IMG/VR virus record: IMGVR_UViG_3300033069_001247
Coordinates: 22,810 to 86,809 of that record
DNA from: a virus
Lineage: Duplodnaviria; Caudoviricetes
Length of the DNA stretch: 64,000 nucleotides
Strand: one strand, 5' to 3'
Numbering within the stretch: position 1 is the stretch's first letter; every line of letters starts with the position of its first letter. Shown in pieces: positions 26,638 to 36,074 of the stretch. Under the pieces are notes generated by a model that was not told the origin of the DNA, did not search any database, and saw only the letters and a list, made by a program, of their open reading frames with translations. The position numbers and the translations under genes were made by a program.

Positions 26638-29400
26638 ATGTCAAATACGCCACGAAGGTCAGGTGCTGGCCCGGACACGGGTGCTGCCGCGCGTAGGCAG
26701 GCCCGCCAAGCCCAGGAGGCCCCTTATGGGAGCCCGGGGCCATTTAATCAAACGCGACCGCTCAGCGATCCACAGAACCAGACATCGGCCTCGCTGCACA
26801 GCCTGAATCAGACCGCTCGTGTGGTCTGCGGGATGATCACCGGTGGTACCGCGATCGGAAACGCCTACCGGGTGCAGTTCGAGAAGGTCAAGCAACCCGT
26901 CATCGCTTATTTGGGCTCCCGTACGTCCTGTTCAATCTTTGGGGCGAAGGAAATCACCACCCTGCAACCAGGGACCCTGGTGACGTGTATGTGGCACGAA
27001 CAGATGCCGTATGCCCAGATCCTCACGGTAATCCCTCCGGCGGGTACCAGTGCGGCCTTGGGGCAGCAGGGGATCATCCACGGGGCCACCCGATCCCGTG
27101 TTGATGCCATCCACAAACGCCCACTACAGATGTTCGACAATGGCGGGATCCCGGCCATGCTGGCAGGTCGACCTTTCGACGCCACGCTTGCGGGGGAGAC
27201 AGGCTGGATCACCGAAACTGGCATCCGCTGCTTCATTGATTCGTTTATGGCCCTGATGGGTGTAGATGAAAGCTGTCAGCTGAGCTTTCACTATCACGAC
27301 CAGCTCTGCCGTCTGGCTGCTTATCAGTTCCAGCTCTGGACCAACTGCCGCGAAACGGAATCGTTCAACGATCAGGACGAAGCCCAAGACTGGACCGGTT
27401 ACGCCATGTACCCCTGGGAGAACATGGGCCTGGCTGCTCGAGGCGATCCGACGGTCATCAAATCCGCGAAGGAGTGGCAGCTGGAGCAGCCACATTACGG
27501 CAAGATGGAACCCGTCGATGATTACCTGATGCCCTGGCACCGGGAGCGGGAGTTCCACGGATACCTGGGGCAGGGTGGTAAGCGGATCATTATCGCCCCA
27601 CCGATCGAGTTCACGGATAGCGGCGACAAAGGTAACAACGGACAGCTGGGTAAAACCGCGGGCAACCGGACGCAGCACGTCTCGTACGTCGGTGGGAAGG
27701 GTACAGTTGATGCCAAGCACCCCGGTCTGTTCGACAGCTTTGTGACGGCTGACGGACGTTACTGTGTTCAGGCAGCCAAAGGGATATCGCTGGTCAAACG
27801 GAACGCGATCGTGGCCCCCACCCGGCGGCGACGACCGGAAGAGCCAGATGGCGACAACTCCGACAACTACAAGGCCAGCGGTGTTATCGGCGGCGGGAAC
27901 GCCCACAAGATCACCGGTGATATCAAAACCAATGGAGAACACAGCAACTTTAACCGGGCGCTCGGCATTCAGGACATGCACGCCTATCTGTTCAACTATG
28001 TCGGGCTGCATCCGTTCTTCTATCACGCCCAAGACTATAAGGTGATTGAAGAGGAGGAAGCAGAGTGGGCTGACGGTAAGAGCGAAGAGATCCCTGACTT
28101 CTCTGTCCTCGACAGTGAGATGTACATCACCCCGGAAAACTACCAGAAGACGTGGAAGATCGATCACCGATACGGCGAACAGACGTTCTACACGCTGAGC
28201 AACGGTATCGAATTGCTCGACGACGGTGGTGTGGTGATCTTCGACGGCTACGGCAGTTGTCTCCGTATGACCGGTGGGTCGGTCGAGATCTCTGCCCCTG
28301 GGGATATCTGGCTGAAATCTGGACGGGATGTGAACACCTGGGCCGGTCACGATGCTAACGTGCGGGCCAAAAACTCCTGGGACATCATTGCCACACGCGG
28401 TGACGGGCGGCTCAAGGCAGAAGCCAACATGATGATGCTGTCCGGGAACGGCGGTACAGGCGGTACGCTGATCGAAAGCCGGGGAGCAGGCCCGCAGTTC
28501 ACCTTTGAGTCGCCGGGACAGGCCAGTCAGCTGTCTGGTGTTGTGATCCGGTCGACCAAGTCTCCGTTCGTCGCCTGGTCCAGTGAGATCTACCTGCGAA
28601 CGGGCGGCGGTGATATGCCAAAGGGGCCAATTGTACTGGACGCGGGTCGCGGCGAAGGCGACATCGTGACTTACTCGCAGACCCTGCAGCATTACGTCCG
28701 GACTGGCGCAAACTGGCACTTCAACACACGGGAAGAGAACGTCAACGGCCCATCTGCCATGATCTCGGCAAACGGTGTCCTGATGCCCAGCAATATGTGC
28801 GTTAAGGGCGGGATCATTGTGGACGGCGGCGGTGAGTTCAACGGTGTGGTTGTGTCCACGAGAGCCTTTGCCGCTGTGGAGTGTCCATTCGTTGGTTGCC
28901 TGGACGGTGAAGCACTGCAGGCCGTATTTGATTCGATCACCACCTGTCAGGAGGCTATTGAGAAAAAGCTACCGCACGAAGTCGGTCAGGTGTTCATGGA
29001 TGACTTGTTGAAGCCGCAGTTCTATGATCCCGAACGCCCCGGTAACGATGATGTCATCCTGAAGTCCGAGTTCAGTCTGCGGACACAGGACGACTACAAG
29101 ACACAGGATTTCCTGTTGTACGAAGACCGTTGGCAACAACTCAGTCGACTTACAGGACGTGAACATGCCAAATGGATTGAGCGACCAGTGTTGTGGCAAG
29201 GGCAGGCTACCTACCCGTATCCCGGTGCCGAAGCGTTCCAAGGCAACAAGTTTGTCCAGCAAGGACTTGAAATCTTCGATGCGACGGCAGGGCGGAGTAA
29301 GAACCGTGGCAGCCAGCCTGAACTTAGCGATGCGTACAGCGATCCGAAATTCGGAACGGCTGACAAGAAATCCCTCAACGATTACTCGGTGATCAGGTAA
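26638..29400 (+). CDS. Baseplate central spike (T4 gp5/VgrG-like)
   Basis: N-terminal OB-fold-like pattern (YRVQF...LQPGTLVTCM...AQILTVIP); beta-helix-type repeats GIELLDDGGVVIFDGYGSCLRMTGGSVEISAPGDIWLKSG. Confidence 0.72.
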   Translation: MSNTPRRSGAGPDTGAAARRQARQAQEAPYGSPGPFNQTRPLSDPQNQTSASLHSLNQTARVVCGMITGGTAIGNAYRVQFEKVKQPVIAYLGSRTSCSIFGAKEITTLQPGTLVTCMWHEQMPYAQILTVIPPAGTSAALGQQGIIHGATRSRVDAIHKRPLQMFDNGGIPAMLAGRPFDATLAGETGWITETGIRCFIDSFMALMGVDESCQLSFHYHDQLCRLAAYQFQLWTNCRETESFNDQDEAQDWTGYAMYPWENMGLAARGDPTVIKSAKEWQLEQPHYGKMEPVDDYLMPWHREREFHGYLGQGGKRIIIAPPIEFTDSGDKGNNGQLGKTAGNRTQHVSYVGGKGTVDAKHPGLFDSFVTADGRYCVQAAKGISLVKRNAIVAPTRRRRPEEPDGDNSDNYKASGVIGGGNAHKITGDIKTNGEHSNFNRALGIQDMHAYLFNYVGLHPFFYHAQDYKVIEEEEAEWADGKSEEIPDFSVLDSEMYITPENYQKTWKIDHRYGEQTFYTLSNGIELLDDGGVVIFDGYGSCLRMTGGSVEISAPGDIWLKSGRDVNTWAGHDANVRAKNSWDIIATRGDGRLKAEANMMMLSGNGGTGGTLIESRGAGPQFTFESPGQASQLSGVVIRSTKSPFVAWSSEIYLRTGGGDMPKGPIVLDAGRGEGDIVTYSQTLQHYVRTGANWHFNTREENVNGPSAMISANGVLMPSNMCVKGGIIVDGGGEFNGVVVSTRAFAAVECPFVGCLDGEALQAVFDSITTCQEAIEKKLPHEVGQVFMDDLLKPQFYDPERPGNDDVILKSEFSLRTQDDYKTQDFLLYEDRWQQLSRLTGREHAKWIERPVLWQGQATYPYPGAEAFQGNKFVQQGLEIFDATAGRSKNRGSQPELSDAYSDPKFGTADKKSLNDYSVIR

Positions 29401-29404
29401 CCCT

Positions 29405-30631
29405 ATGAACTCCCCGCTTCAACCTCGTGCCGTGCCGCGACCTGTCCCTGGGCAGCCGCAGCTCAACAAACTTCCCGACAGTGAATTGCCGGGCGAAGGC
29501 CGCCATCCATTCGTCGCCGGTCGCGTGCATATGACGGAGATGGCCCGCAAAGGTCTGGAAAGCGTTGGCTGGAAGGACGGCGACCCGATTCCCGACGATC
29601 TGGGTGTCCGACTGCGTGAAATCCAGTCAGAGGTACTCCGGGAGCGGGAAACGGTCCGGCTGCAGGACACCGAACTGGCCAAGGACTGGAAACCGCCTGT
29701 GGCTTCGTTCGTAGACATCACAGCCTTACCTCCCGAGAAGCAGGAAGAGATCAAAGAATACCTGCAGAGCCACAAGGTCGAGGTAGCAGAGCAGGCTGAA
29801 CGGCTCCGTCAAAACGAAGAGATCGATAAAGCCATCCCACCAAACATCCAAGGTGAAGAGCGGGAAGCATTGCGAGCCCAGATGATCAACAGTCAGGCCG
29901 CGGCCGCGCAACGGGCGTCAAAAGAGTCTGGGGTCGACGTTGTTGTAGTTGATGATCGCGACACGGCACCCGCTGACCCGCAACGACCAGCCCCGAAGAC
30001 AACAGCCCCGGTCGCACAACCCCAGTCATCAGCTGTCACAGTCATCGACGAACCAGCCAGCACAGGGCTACCCGCATACGCAGCCAACTGCCCCCGCTGC
30101 AAATGGCCAACAGATAAACCCTGCAATGTAGAGCCTACAATCGCAGACAAGCGAACGTTCCTTGTTGCCGTTATGGGCTTGAAGCGTTTCGAGAAAACGT
30201 ACACGCTCTTCGACGGACAGATCACAGTCACGTTCCGCAGCCTGTCGAGTGAAGAAACAGCGATGATTCAAACACAGCTCGGGGCAATGAACCGAACTGG
30301 GGAAGTGATAGGTGACGCCGAGTTCTGGGCCTACCTGATTGAATACCGCCTGATTCTGTCCACGGCAGTGATCACCATGGGTGGTAATATCCTGTACCAG
30401 GTCGAGGACATCGTAAAGTGGGCCAAGGAAAACCCGCCTACCGCTGATGACAAACTCACAGCGACACCGCTTCCACGATATTGCGATCATTTCTACAAGA
30501 AGATTGCCCTGCAGGAAACGATGCGGCGGGTCATTGGTCTGCAGCACGCAGAGTTTCAGCGACTGGTGGAGGCACTTGAGGCGTTGACGAGTGTTCCGGA
30601 TTTTTGGAAAGGGATCGGACCGCTCGCCTGA
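29405..30631 (+). CDS. Probable tail assembly chaperone with N-terminal extension and CxxC
   Basis: Upstream of the tape measure; FEKTYTLFDGQITVTFRSL chaperone-like segment; CPRC motif. Confidence 0.55.
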   Translation: MNSPLQPRAVPRPVPGQPQLNKLPDSELPGEGRHPFVAGRVHMTEMARKGLESVGWKDGDPIPDDLGVRLREIQSEVLRERETVRLQDTELAKDWKPPVASFVDITALPPEKQEEIKEYLQSHKVEVAEQAERLRQNEEIDKAIPPNIQGEEREALRAQMINSQAAAAQRASKESGVDVVVVDDRDTAPADPQRPAPKTTAPVAQPQSSAVTVIDEPASTGLPAYAANCPRCKWPTDKPCNVEPTIADKRTFLVAVMGLKRFEKTYTLFDGQITVTFRSLSSEETAMIQTQLGAMNRTGEVIGDAEFWAYLIEYRLILSTAVITMGGNILYQVEDIVKWAKENPPTADDKLTATPLPRYCDHFYKKIALQETMRRVIGLQHAEFQRLVEALEALTSVPDFWKGIGPLA

Positions 30632-31104
30632 TGGTGAGAGCTGCCACATCCGGAATGATCGATTTCGGATCGTTTGATCCCCGTGACAAGTGGTGTTGGA
30701 AACGATTGAACTGGGTGCTGGCCGAGCTGGACACCCAGCAGACGCTACGTATCGCTGAAATCGAACACCGTCACTGGGTGACGCTGGCAGCCAGCAACCG
30801 CTTGACGAATGAGTCTTTCGACAATGTCAAAGCTCACGCCACCGCAGCGATGAACCGTGTCCTGAAAGCGACATACCCGTGGAATGCCGATAAAATCGGT
30901 GAAGCCGGGCTGCAGACAGAACGCGAAGACGCCGTCAAGACTTACCAAACTGTGTTTGGTAAACCTGGCGATCCACGTTACGAAGCGATGATTGACACAC
31001 TGCTCAGGGAATCGAAGCAGCCGCCAATGACAGCACGACAACGGGCACAGCATCGTGAACGTCGTCGTAAACAACGGGAAGAAGAACTAAAGAACAGGGG
31101 CTGA
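30631..31104 (+). CDS. Pre-tape-measure protein (possible -1 frameshift extension of the upstream chaperone)
   Basis: TGATG stop/start overlap at 30629-30633; -1 frame relative to the upstream gene; ends 1 nt before the tape measure gene. Confidence 0.6.
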   Translation: MVRAATSGMIDFGSFDPRDKWCWKRLNWVLAELDTQQTLRIAEIEHRHWVTLAASNRLTNESFDNVKAHATAAMNRVLKATYPWNADKIGEAGLQTEREDAVKTYQTVFGKPGDPRYEAMIDTLLRESKQPPMTARQRAQHRERRRKQREEELKNRG

Positions 31105-31105
31105 G

Positions 31106-34100
31106 ATGTCGGAATACGTAACAGTGTGGCCAGGGAGTGAGCCGCCGCCCGGATACGCGCCGATGTCTGCGATGCAAGCCATGCACGGGCGGCAGCCTAT
31201 GTTTGCAGCAGATCCAGGACCGCGATACACCGGGCCGTTTAATACGGGGACACCTGCGGACGGCATCATGCACATGCTGTTGCCACAACTCCTACAGATG
31301 ATGACGCAGGGTCGGCACATGCCAGCCCAGTTCTTCCCCCAGCAGCAGCTGTACGATCAGCGTGAAGCCACGCGATATTTCAACGCCAGTCAGCAAGCAA
31401 TGGCAGTGGCTGCCCGACGGGACGCGGGTACGGTCAACGACATGCTCGGTGGTCTGACCGAGATGATGACAGGTCGACCGCTAACTGATGTGCAGCGTTC
31501 CCGTAACTTTCGCATGGCCAGCGGCGTCTCGCAATTCACGCCGCTACTGATCAACATGCTGGGTCCGGATCTGGTCGACCAGTTGCACGGTACCCGGGGC
31601 TCCGCCACCGTGCTGTCGCAGCAGCTGCACAATGCCATGCGGACGGCAATTGACCCTATCTCCCACACCGTCGGTTACTCCGGGGAATCTGCCGGTCGAC
31701 TTTCGCAGGAGATCTTCGAGCGGAATTTCGGGAAGGGTGCTGACCTGGGAGTCATGAAGGGGATGTCTGCAGGTCAGGCGGGTATCCTGGTCAACGAGCT
31801 GCAAGCCCGCGGTATGCTGGGGCGACCCATGGGTTTGCTCTCTGTGGATGAACAACGATCCTTGCTACCGCGTACATTGCGTGACGACACGATTTCCCGG
31901 CTGGCGGAGACGCTGCCTGAGATTCAGGAGATCCTCAAAAGCGGAGGTACTCCCAACGAAAATGCATTGACGGAGGCTAAGGCCAAAATCCGGGAGACGC
32001 ACAAGAAGCTGACAGATCCGACTGTCCAATTCACCGCAAAAGACCTGAAGGATTACGATAAGCTGCCGGGTGGCGAAGAGATCATCCGCGCTGGTGATGC
32101 GGACCGGATCGCCGATCGGCTGAAGAATATGTCTGGCGTTGTGCGGGCAATGCGAGACATTTTCGGCGACATGGGGAATCCGAACGCCCCGATGCGGGAC
32201 ATCATCAACGGACTGGAAGAACTGACTCAGAATGGGTTGGCCACCATGTCTGCCGGACAACTGGAGATGATGGTCCGCCGAACACACAACATCGCCAAGC
32301 AAACTGGTATCGGTGTGCAGGGGATGATGGGACTGATGGCTGGCGGTGCCGCGATGAGTGATAGACTCGGTCTCGATCGCAGCTACGTACCTATGATCGC
32401 CCAGCAGTCCGCGTTATTCGGTGCTGCTGCCGGAGATCACCTACGCCTGGATATTCCGGTATGGGGTGCCGCCTCAAAAGAACAACTGCTGCTCACTGAT
32501 CAGCAGTTACGCACACACGCTTCAGCGTCACCGTTGGCTAACCAGTTGAATGCAACACTGCGCATGATGGATACCGGAATCGCAACACCAGATGCCGGTA
32601 CAGAGCTGGCAGCCATGATGCAGGCTGTAAAACTGGGACAGACAGAGTACACGCATGACGGCAAAACCAACAGCATTTTAATGTCGCACAACCGTCTGCT
32701 GCAGATGCTGAAGCGGGATGCAGGCGTCGGGGCTACCGAAGCCTACGCCGTCATGTCTGACATCCAAGGGAATCAAGAGTACGGTCCGAAGTACAACACG
32801 CCGGATCTGGTCCGTCGGATCATGCCCCAGGAAGCAGTACGTAAGTTACTGCAGCCAATGATCGGCAGTCGGCTGCGTGGGCTGTTCAACGACTCGGGTA
32901 TGTCCGAGACGCTCAAGGAAACCGGCGTCGCAGACAACGAAAAAGAACTACGAGAGTTGACCCTGCGCCTCGGTCAGGGTGTCGGGACCGATTGGAGAAA
33001 CATGGATTCAGCCACCAATCGTGATCCTGCTGCCAAGCAGGCCTATCTGGGTGCGTCACTGCGGAAACGCTTATGGGGTGAGATCCGCGCGAAGTATCCG
33101 AATGCTACCGAAGCAGAGATCGACGCAATGACTGACCGCAACATCGAAAAGCTCGGCGGTGCCAAGGGTCTGTCTGATGCGGGTAGTGTGATCCAGGCCA
33201 CGATCAACCAGGCTGCCAGTACGAACCCAGCGTTTCGCACAGAGGTACAGATGTTCGGCGTGATGAACATGGCGACGATGGGGCAGGCAGCAGCCCGAGG
33301 ACGACAGGCCGAGATTGCAGGGCTTACACAGTCAGCAATGGCGGGGTTGGGGACAGCTGATCCCATTCGCCGATTATCTGATGCGTTCCAGAACGCCAAC
33401 AAGGACACGCCGTTCGGAGAGGTCGTGGTACAGGGATTGGGTGCGGTTAATGTTGACGCTGTGAATGCCGCTGACCCTCAAGGTCCGCTGGCCCAGATAT
33501 TCGGTCTTGTACAGGCCAATAAAGATCTGGACGCCAATGACCCGAAGCAACTGGAGCAGGCTCGCCGGAACTCAGCAATGCTGCAAGGGCTTATCAACGG
33601 CGGAGCGACAGCAGCGGCACAATTGAAGCTACTGGATGCGGCTGAAGCTGCAGGTCAACCAAAAAATGAACTGCTCCGCCGACATCTCGAGGCGGCGTCA
33701 AAACGGGACAGTAATACCAGTCTGTTAGGGGACCTGGGTTACTCGCTCAGTGCCAACGTCTCGATAGACCAGATCGCGGCCATTCAGGACAGCGGTAAAG
33801 ATATGCGTCGTGTTCTGTCCGATGATGCGGCATCTGCTGCCGACCGTACAGCGGTGGCGACAAAGTACCTGCTGGGCTCAAAGGAACGCGCGAAACAACT
33901 CCTCAATGACGAACGGTCAATGGAGATCATCGGCCAAGGCGGTTTAGCACTGGTGCAGGGTACGATTGCTGACGTAGACCGGATTCAGGAGCTGGTGAAA
34001 ACCCAGTCTGAAGCGACCGGTCACGCTATCACATTTGATGACATCCTTTCTGGTAAAAATGGCGTCAGTGACGACGCTCATAGCGAAGCCATGAAGATCC

Positions 34101-34825
34101 AGGATCGGATGGACAGTAACTGGAAGGAGATTGCCAAACGTCGCGGTTACGCCATGTTGCCCGGAAAGGGTGACGATCCGGAGAACAAGAACCGGGCGGC
34201 AATGACCGAACAAGAAAAGGAGGACCTGGGTAAGTACAACGCGTTCAATGCGCAGTACAGCACACCGGAGGAACGGGCATCCGCCGCTGTGGAAGGGCTG
34301 CTGGCAATCGCCTCTGTGGACCAGCGGGCGAGAATGGCCACCGATGTCAACCGCAAAGAACTTGTGGATGAGATGACCAAGGGTGACCGTGGTCGATCGA
34401 TGTTCCAGGCTATCCACGGACGACAAGAACTCCTGGAGCTGGGCATCAAAAAAGGTGTCTTCAACGGTAAGACCCGTCTCGATGAACTGACAGATGCCGA
34501 AGAAGCCGAAGTAATGAAGCGACTGGAAAAGGCGAACCTGAGTGAGTCCGAACGCGCAGACATGGAACGGCATCGTCGAGACGCAGCGATTCTGGACGGA
34601 TTTGGTGATGAGACACAGTCTGCCAATACCGCCACAGCCGATACCGTCAAACGAATACGGCAGGCACCGGCCAGTATGCCTGACCACGCACCGACCAACG
34701 CCGACAAGAAAGTGGAAATGGTGATGACTGGTTCGGTCGATATCCGCGAAGATGGTAAGGCGGACATCAAGCTGGAAGGAGCAAGCCTTTGGAGTGCGTT
34801 CACTAATGCGATGGGGGTCACGTAA
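31106..34825 (+). CDS. Tape measure protein
   Basis: 1239-aa Ala/Gly/Met/Gln-rich helical protein after sheath, tube and chaperones and before baseplate genes. Confidence 0.8.
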   Translation: MSEYVTVWPGSEPPPGYAPMSAMQAMHGRQPMFAADPGPRYTGPFNTGTPADGIMHMLLPQLLQMMTQGRHMPAQFFPQQQLYDQREATRYFNASQQAMAVAARRDAGTVNDMLGGLTEMMTGRPLTDVQRSRNFRMASGVSQFTPLLINMLGPDLVDQLHGTRGSATVLSQQLHNAMRTAIDPISHTVGYSGESAGRLSQEIFERNFGKGADLGVMKGMSAGQAGILVNELQARGMLGRPMGLLSVDEQRSLLPRTLRDDTISRLAETLPEIQEILKSGGTPNENALTEAKAKIRETHKKLTDPTVQFTAKDLKDYDKLPGGEEIIRAGDADRIADRLKNMSGVVRAMRDIFGDMGNPNAPMRDIINGLEELTQNGLATMSAGQLEMMVRRTHNIAKQTGIGVQGMMGLMAGGAAMSDRLGLDRSYVPMIAQQSALFGAAAGDHLRLDIPVWGAASKEQLLLTDQQLRTHASASPLANQLNATLRMMDTGIATPDAGTELAAMMQAVKLGQTEYTHDGKTNSILMSHNRLLQMLKRDAGVGATEAYAVMSDIQGNQEYGPKYNTPDLVRRIMPQEAVRKLLQPMIGSRLRGLFNDSGMSETLKETGVADNEKELRELTLRLGQGVGTDWRNMDSATNRDPAAKQAYLGASLRKRLWGEIRAKYPNATEAEIDAMTDRNIEKLGGAKGLSDAGSVIQATINQAASTNPAFRTEVQMFGVMNMATMGQAAARGRQAEIAGLTQSAMAGLGTADPIRRLSDAFQNANKDTPFGEVVVQGLGAVNVDAVNAADPQGPLAQIFGLVQANKDLDANDPKQLEQARRNSAMLQGLINGGATAAAQLKLLDAAEAAGQPKNELLRRHLEAASKRDSNTSLLGDLGYSLSANVSIDQIAAIQDSGKDMRRVLSDDAASAADRTAVATKYLLGSKERAKQLLNDERSMEIIGQGGLALVQGTIADVDRIQELVKTQSEATGHAITFDDILSGKNGVSDDAHSEAMKIQDRMDSNWKEIAKRRGYAMLPGKGDDPENKNRAAMTEQEKEDLGKYNAFNAQYSTPEERASAAVEGLLAIASVDQRARMATDVNRKELVDEMTKGDRGRSMFQAIHGRQELLELGIKKGVFNGKTRLDELTDAEEAEVMKRLEKANLSESERADMERHRRDAAILDGFGDETQSANTATADTVKRIRQAPASMPDHAPTNADKKVEMVMTGSVDIREDGKADIKLEGASLWSAFTNAMGVT

Positions 34826-35304
34826 TGCCAGCATTCTTCTCACAGCAGCGTGGTACCGTCGTACGCGTGGGCAACCCAGCCAACGTGCCGGGCGGCCCGA
34901 CACCGTTTCGTATTGTCATCCCTGAACTGGACGGAATCACTGGCTTTGATGCCAGCGCCATCGTCACACAGGGTGGTATCATGGAACGCGGTGGGTTCCA
35001 GTTTACGCACACGCTGGCGGAGACCATCTATGCCTTCATCTTTGGTGATCGCATTGGAGAACTGCGGATTGGCGGTATCTGCTTCGCCAATTTCTGCAAT
35101 GGCAAACAAAGCGGAATGCAACAGGTGTTACAGGCTTATCACGCACATAAACTGTCGGTACGGGGCCGGGCACTGCCTGTGGACTTCGGCGGCATCATTT
35201 ACAAAGGGTTCCTGACAGGTTGCAATCTGGAAGTATCAGACCCCGAGCGGAACCTCGGGCAATGGGTGATGCAGTTCAATACGTTCCCCGGGAAGGTGAA
35301 ATGA
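34825..35304 (+). CDS. Tube-like baseplate/tube initiator protein
   Basis: 159 aa, directly after the TMP; tube-like strand pattern (YAFIFGDRIGELRIGG). Confidence 0.55.
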   Translation: MPAFFSQQRGTVVRVGNPANVPGGPTPFRIVIPELDGITGFDASAIVTQGGIMERGGFQFTHTLAETIYAFIFGDRIGELRIGGICFANFCNGKQSGMQQVLQAYHAHKLSVRGRALPVDFGGIIYKGFLTGCNLEVSDPERNLGQWVMQFNTFPGKVK

Positions 35305-36074
35305 TCAATCACGTACGCACGCTACTGATGAACCAACCACGGGGTAGCTACCGCGTCACCGATCCGGGCGAGGAGTACATCAGTCCGCGTTTCATTGCAG
35401 CGGTATGGCCCACTGCTTTACAGCTGTTTCGTAATACGCTGTTTGGCGCGCATCCTGATCGACTGTTTATCAATTTTCGCATGCGACAGCTCATGCAATT
35501 GATTCACAGTACGGAACTGGCAGATGATGTTACCAAAGACGATCTACGGCTGACTTATCTGCCGTTCAACGATGATATGTTTGCGGATGTGTTTGGTGTG
35601 ACCATCGAACAGCCTGCCGAACAGAACGGCAACCTGACATTGCTGGGTCAGCCTGCGGCTGACGAGCACAACGGACGGACCACGTCGATCTGGCACTTGG
35701 CGATCGACACAACCAGTGTTGACGTAACCCCGCTGGGGGCGGGCATGGTCACAGTACCAATACAAGATTCCACTATCCTGCTACCGGGCACATCATTGCG
35801 TGTGACCACACATATGATGACTCCAGACATGACCGCGAAGATCACAGTACGTGCAAAGCCGATGACGGCGATCAATGCCTTGCTGGATCAGGCAATCGCC
35901 GTCATCGGTGGCCGCGGTATCGAGACTGTTTTTCCTTACCAGGCCCCGGACAGAGTACAGACCTGGAAACGGATATTCTTAAACCACCCCAGCACTATCA
36001 TGCGACAAGCGGCATTCCTGCTCGGACTGGCTGCGTGCGTAAGTCGACTGTCTCGGGAGACTGCTAGTGTCTAG
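35301..36074 (+). CDS. Hypothetical baseplate-region protein
   Basis: ATGA overlap with the upstream gene; context. Confidence 0.6.
   Translation: MINHVRTLLMNQPRGSYRVTDPGEEYISPRFIAAVWPTALQLFRNTLFGAHPDRLFINFRMRQLMQLIHSTELADDVTKDDLRLTYLPFNDDMFADVFGVTIEQPAEQNGNLTLLGQPAADEHNGRTTSIWHLAIDTTSVDVTPLGAGMVTVPIQDSTILLPGTSLRVTTHMMTPDMTAKITVRAKPMTAINALLDQAIAVIGGRGIETVFPYQAPDRVQTWKRIFLNHPSTIMRQAAFLLGLAACVSRLSRETASV

Noticed and set aside
27124-28719. Long minus-strand ORFs (531 aa here; also 41180-42397, 14195-15190, 33944-34903, 16907-17812)
   Set aside because: Each lies antisense to a well-supported + strand gene and shows no motifs; such shadows are expected from GC-rich codon bias.
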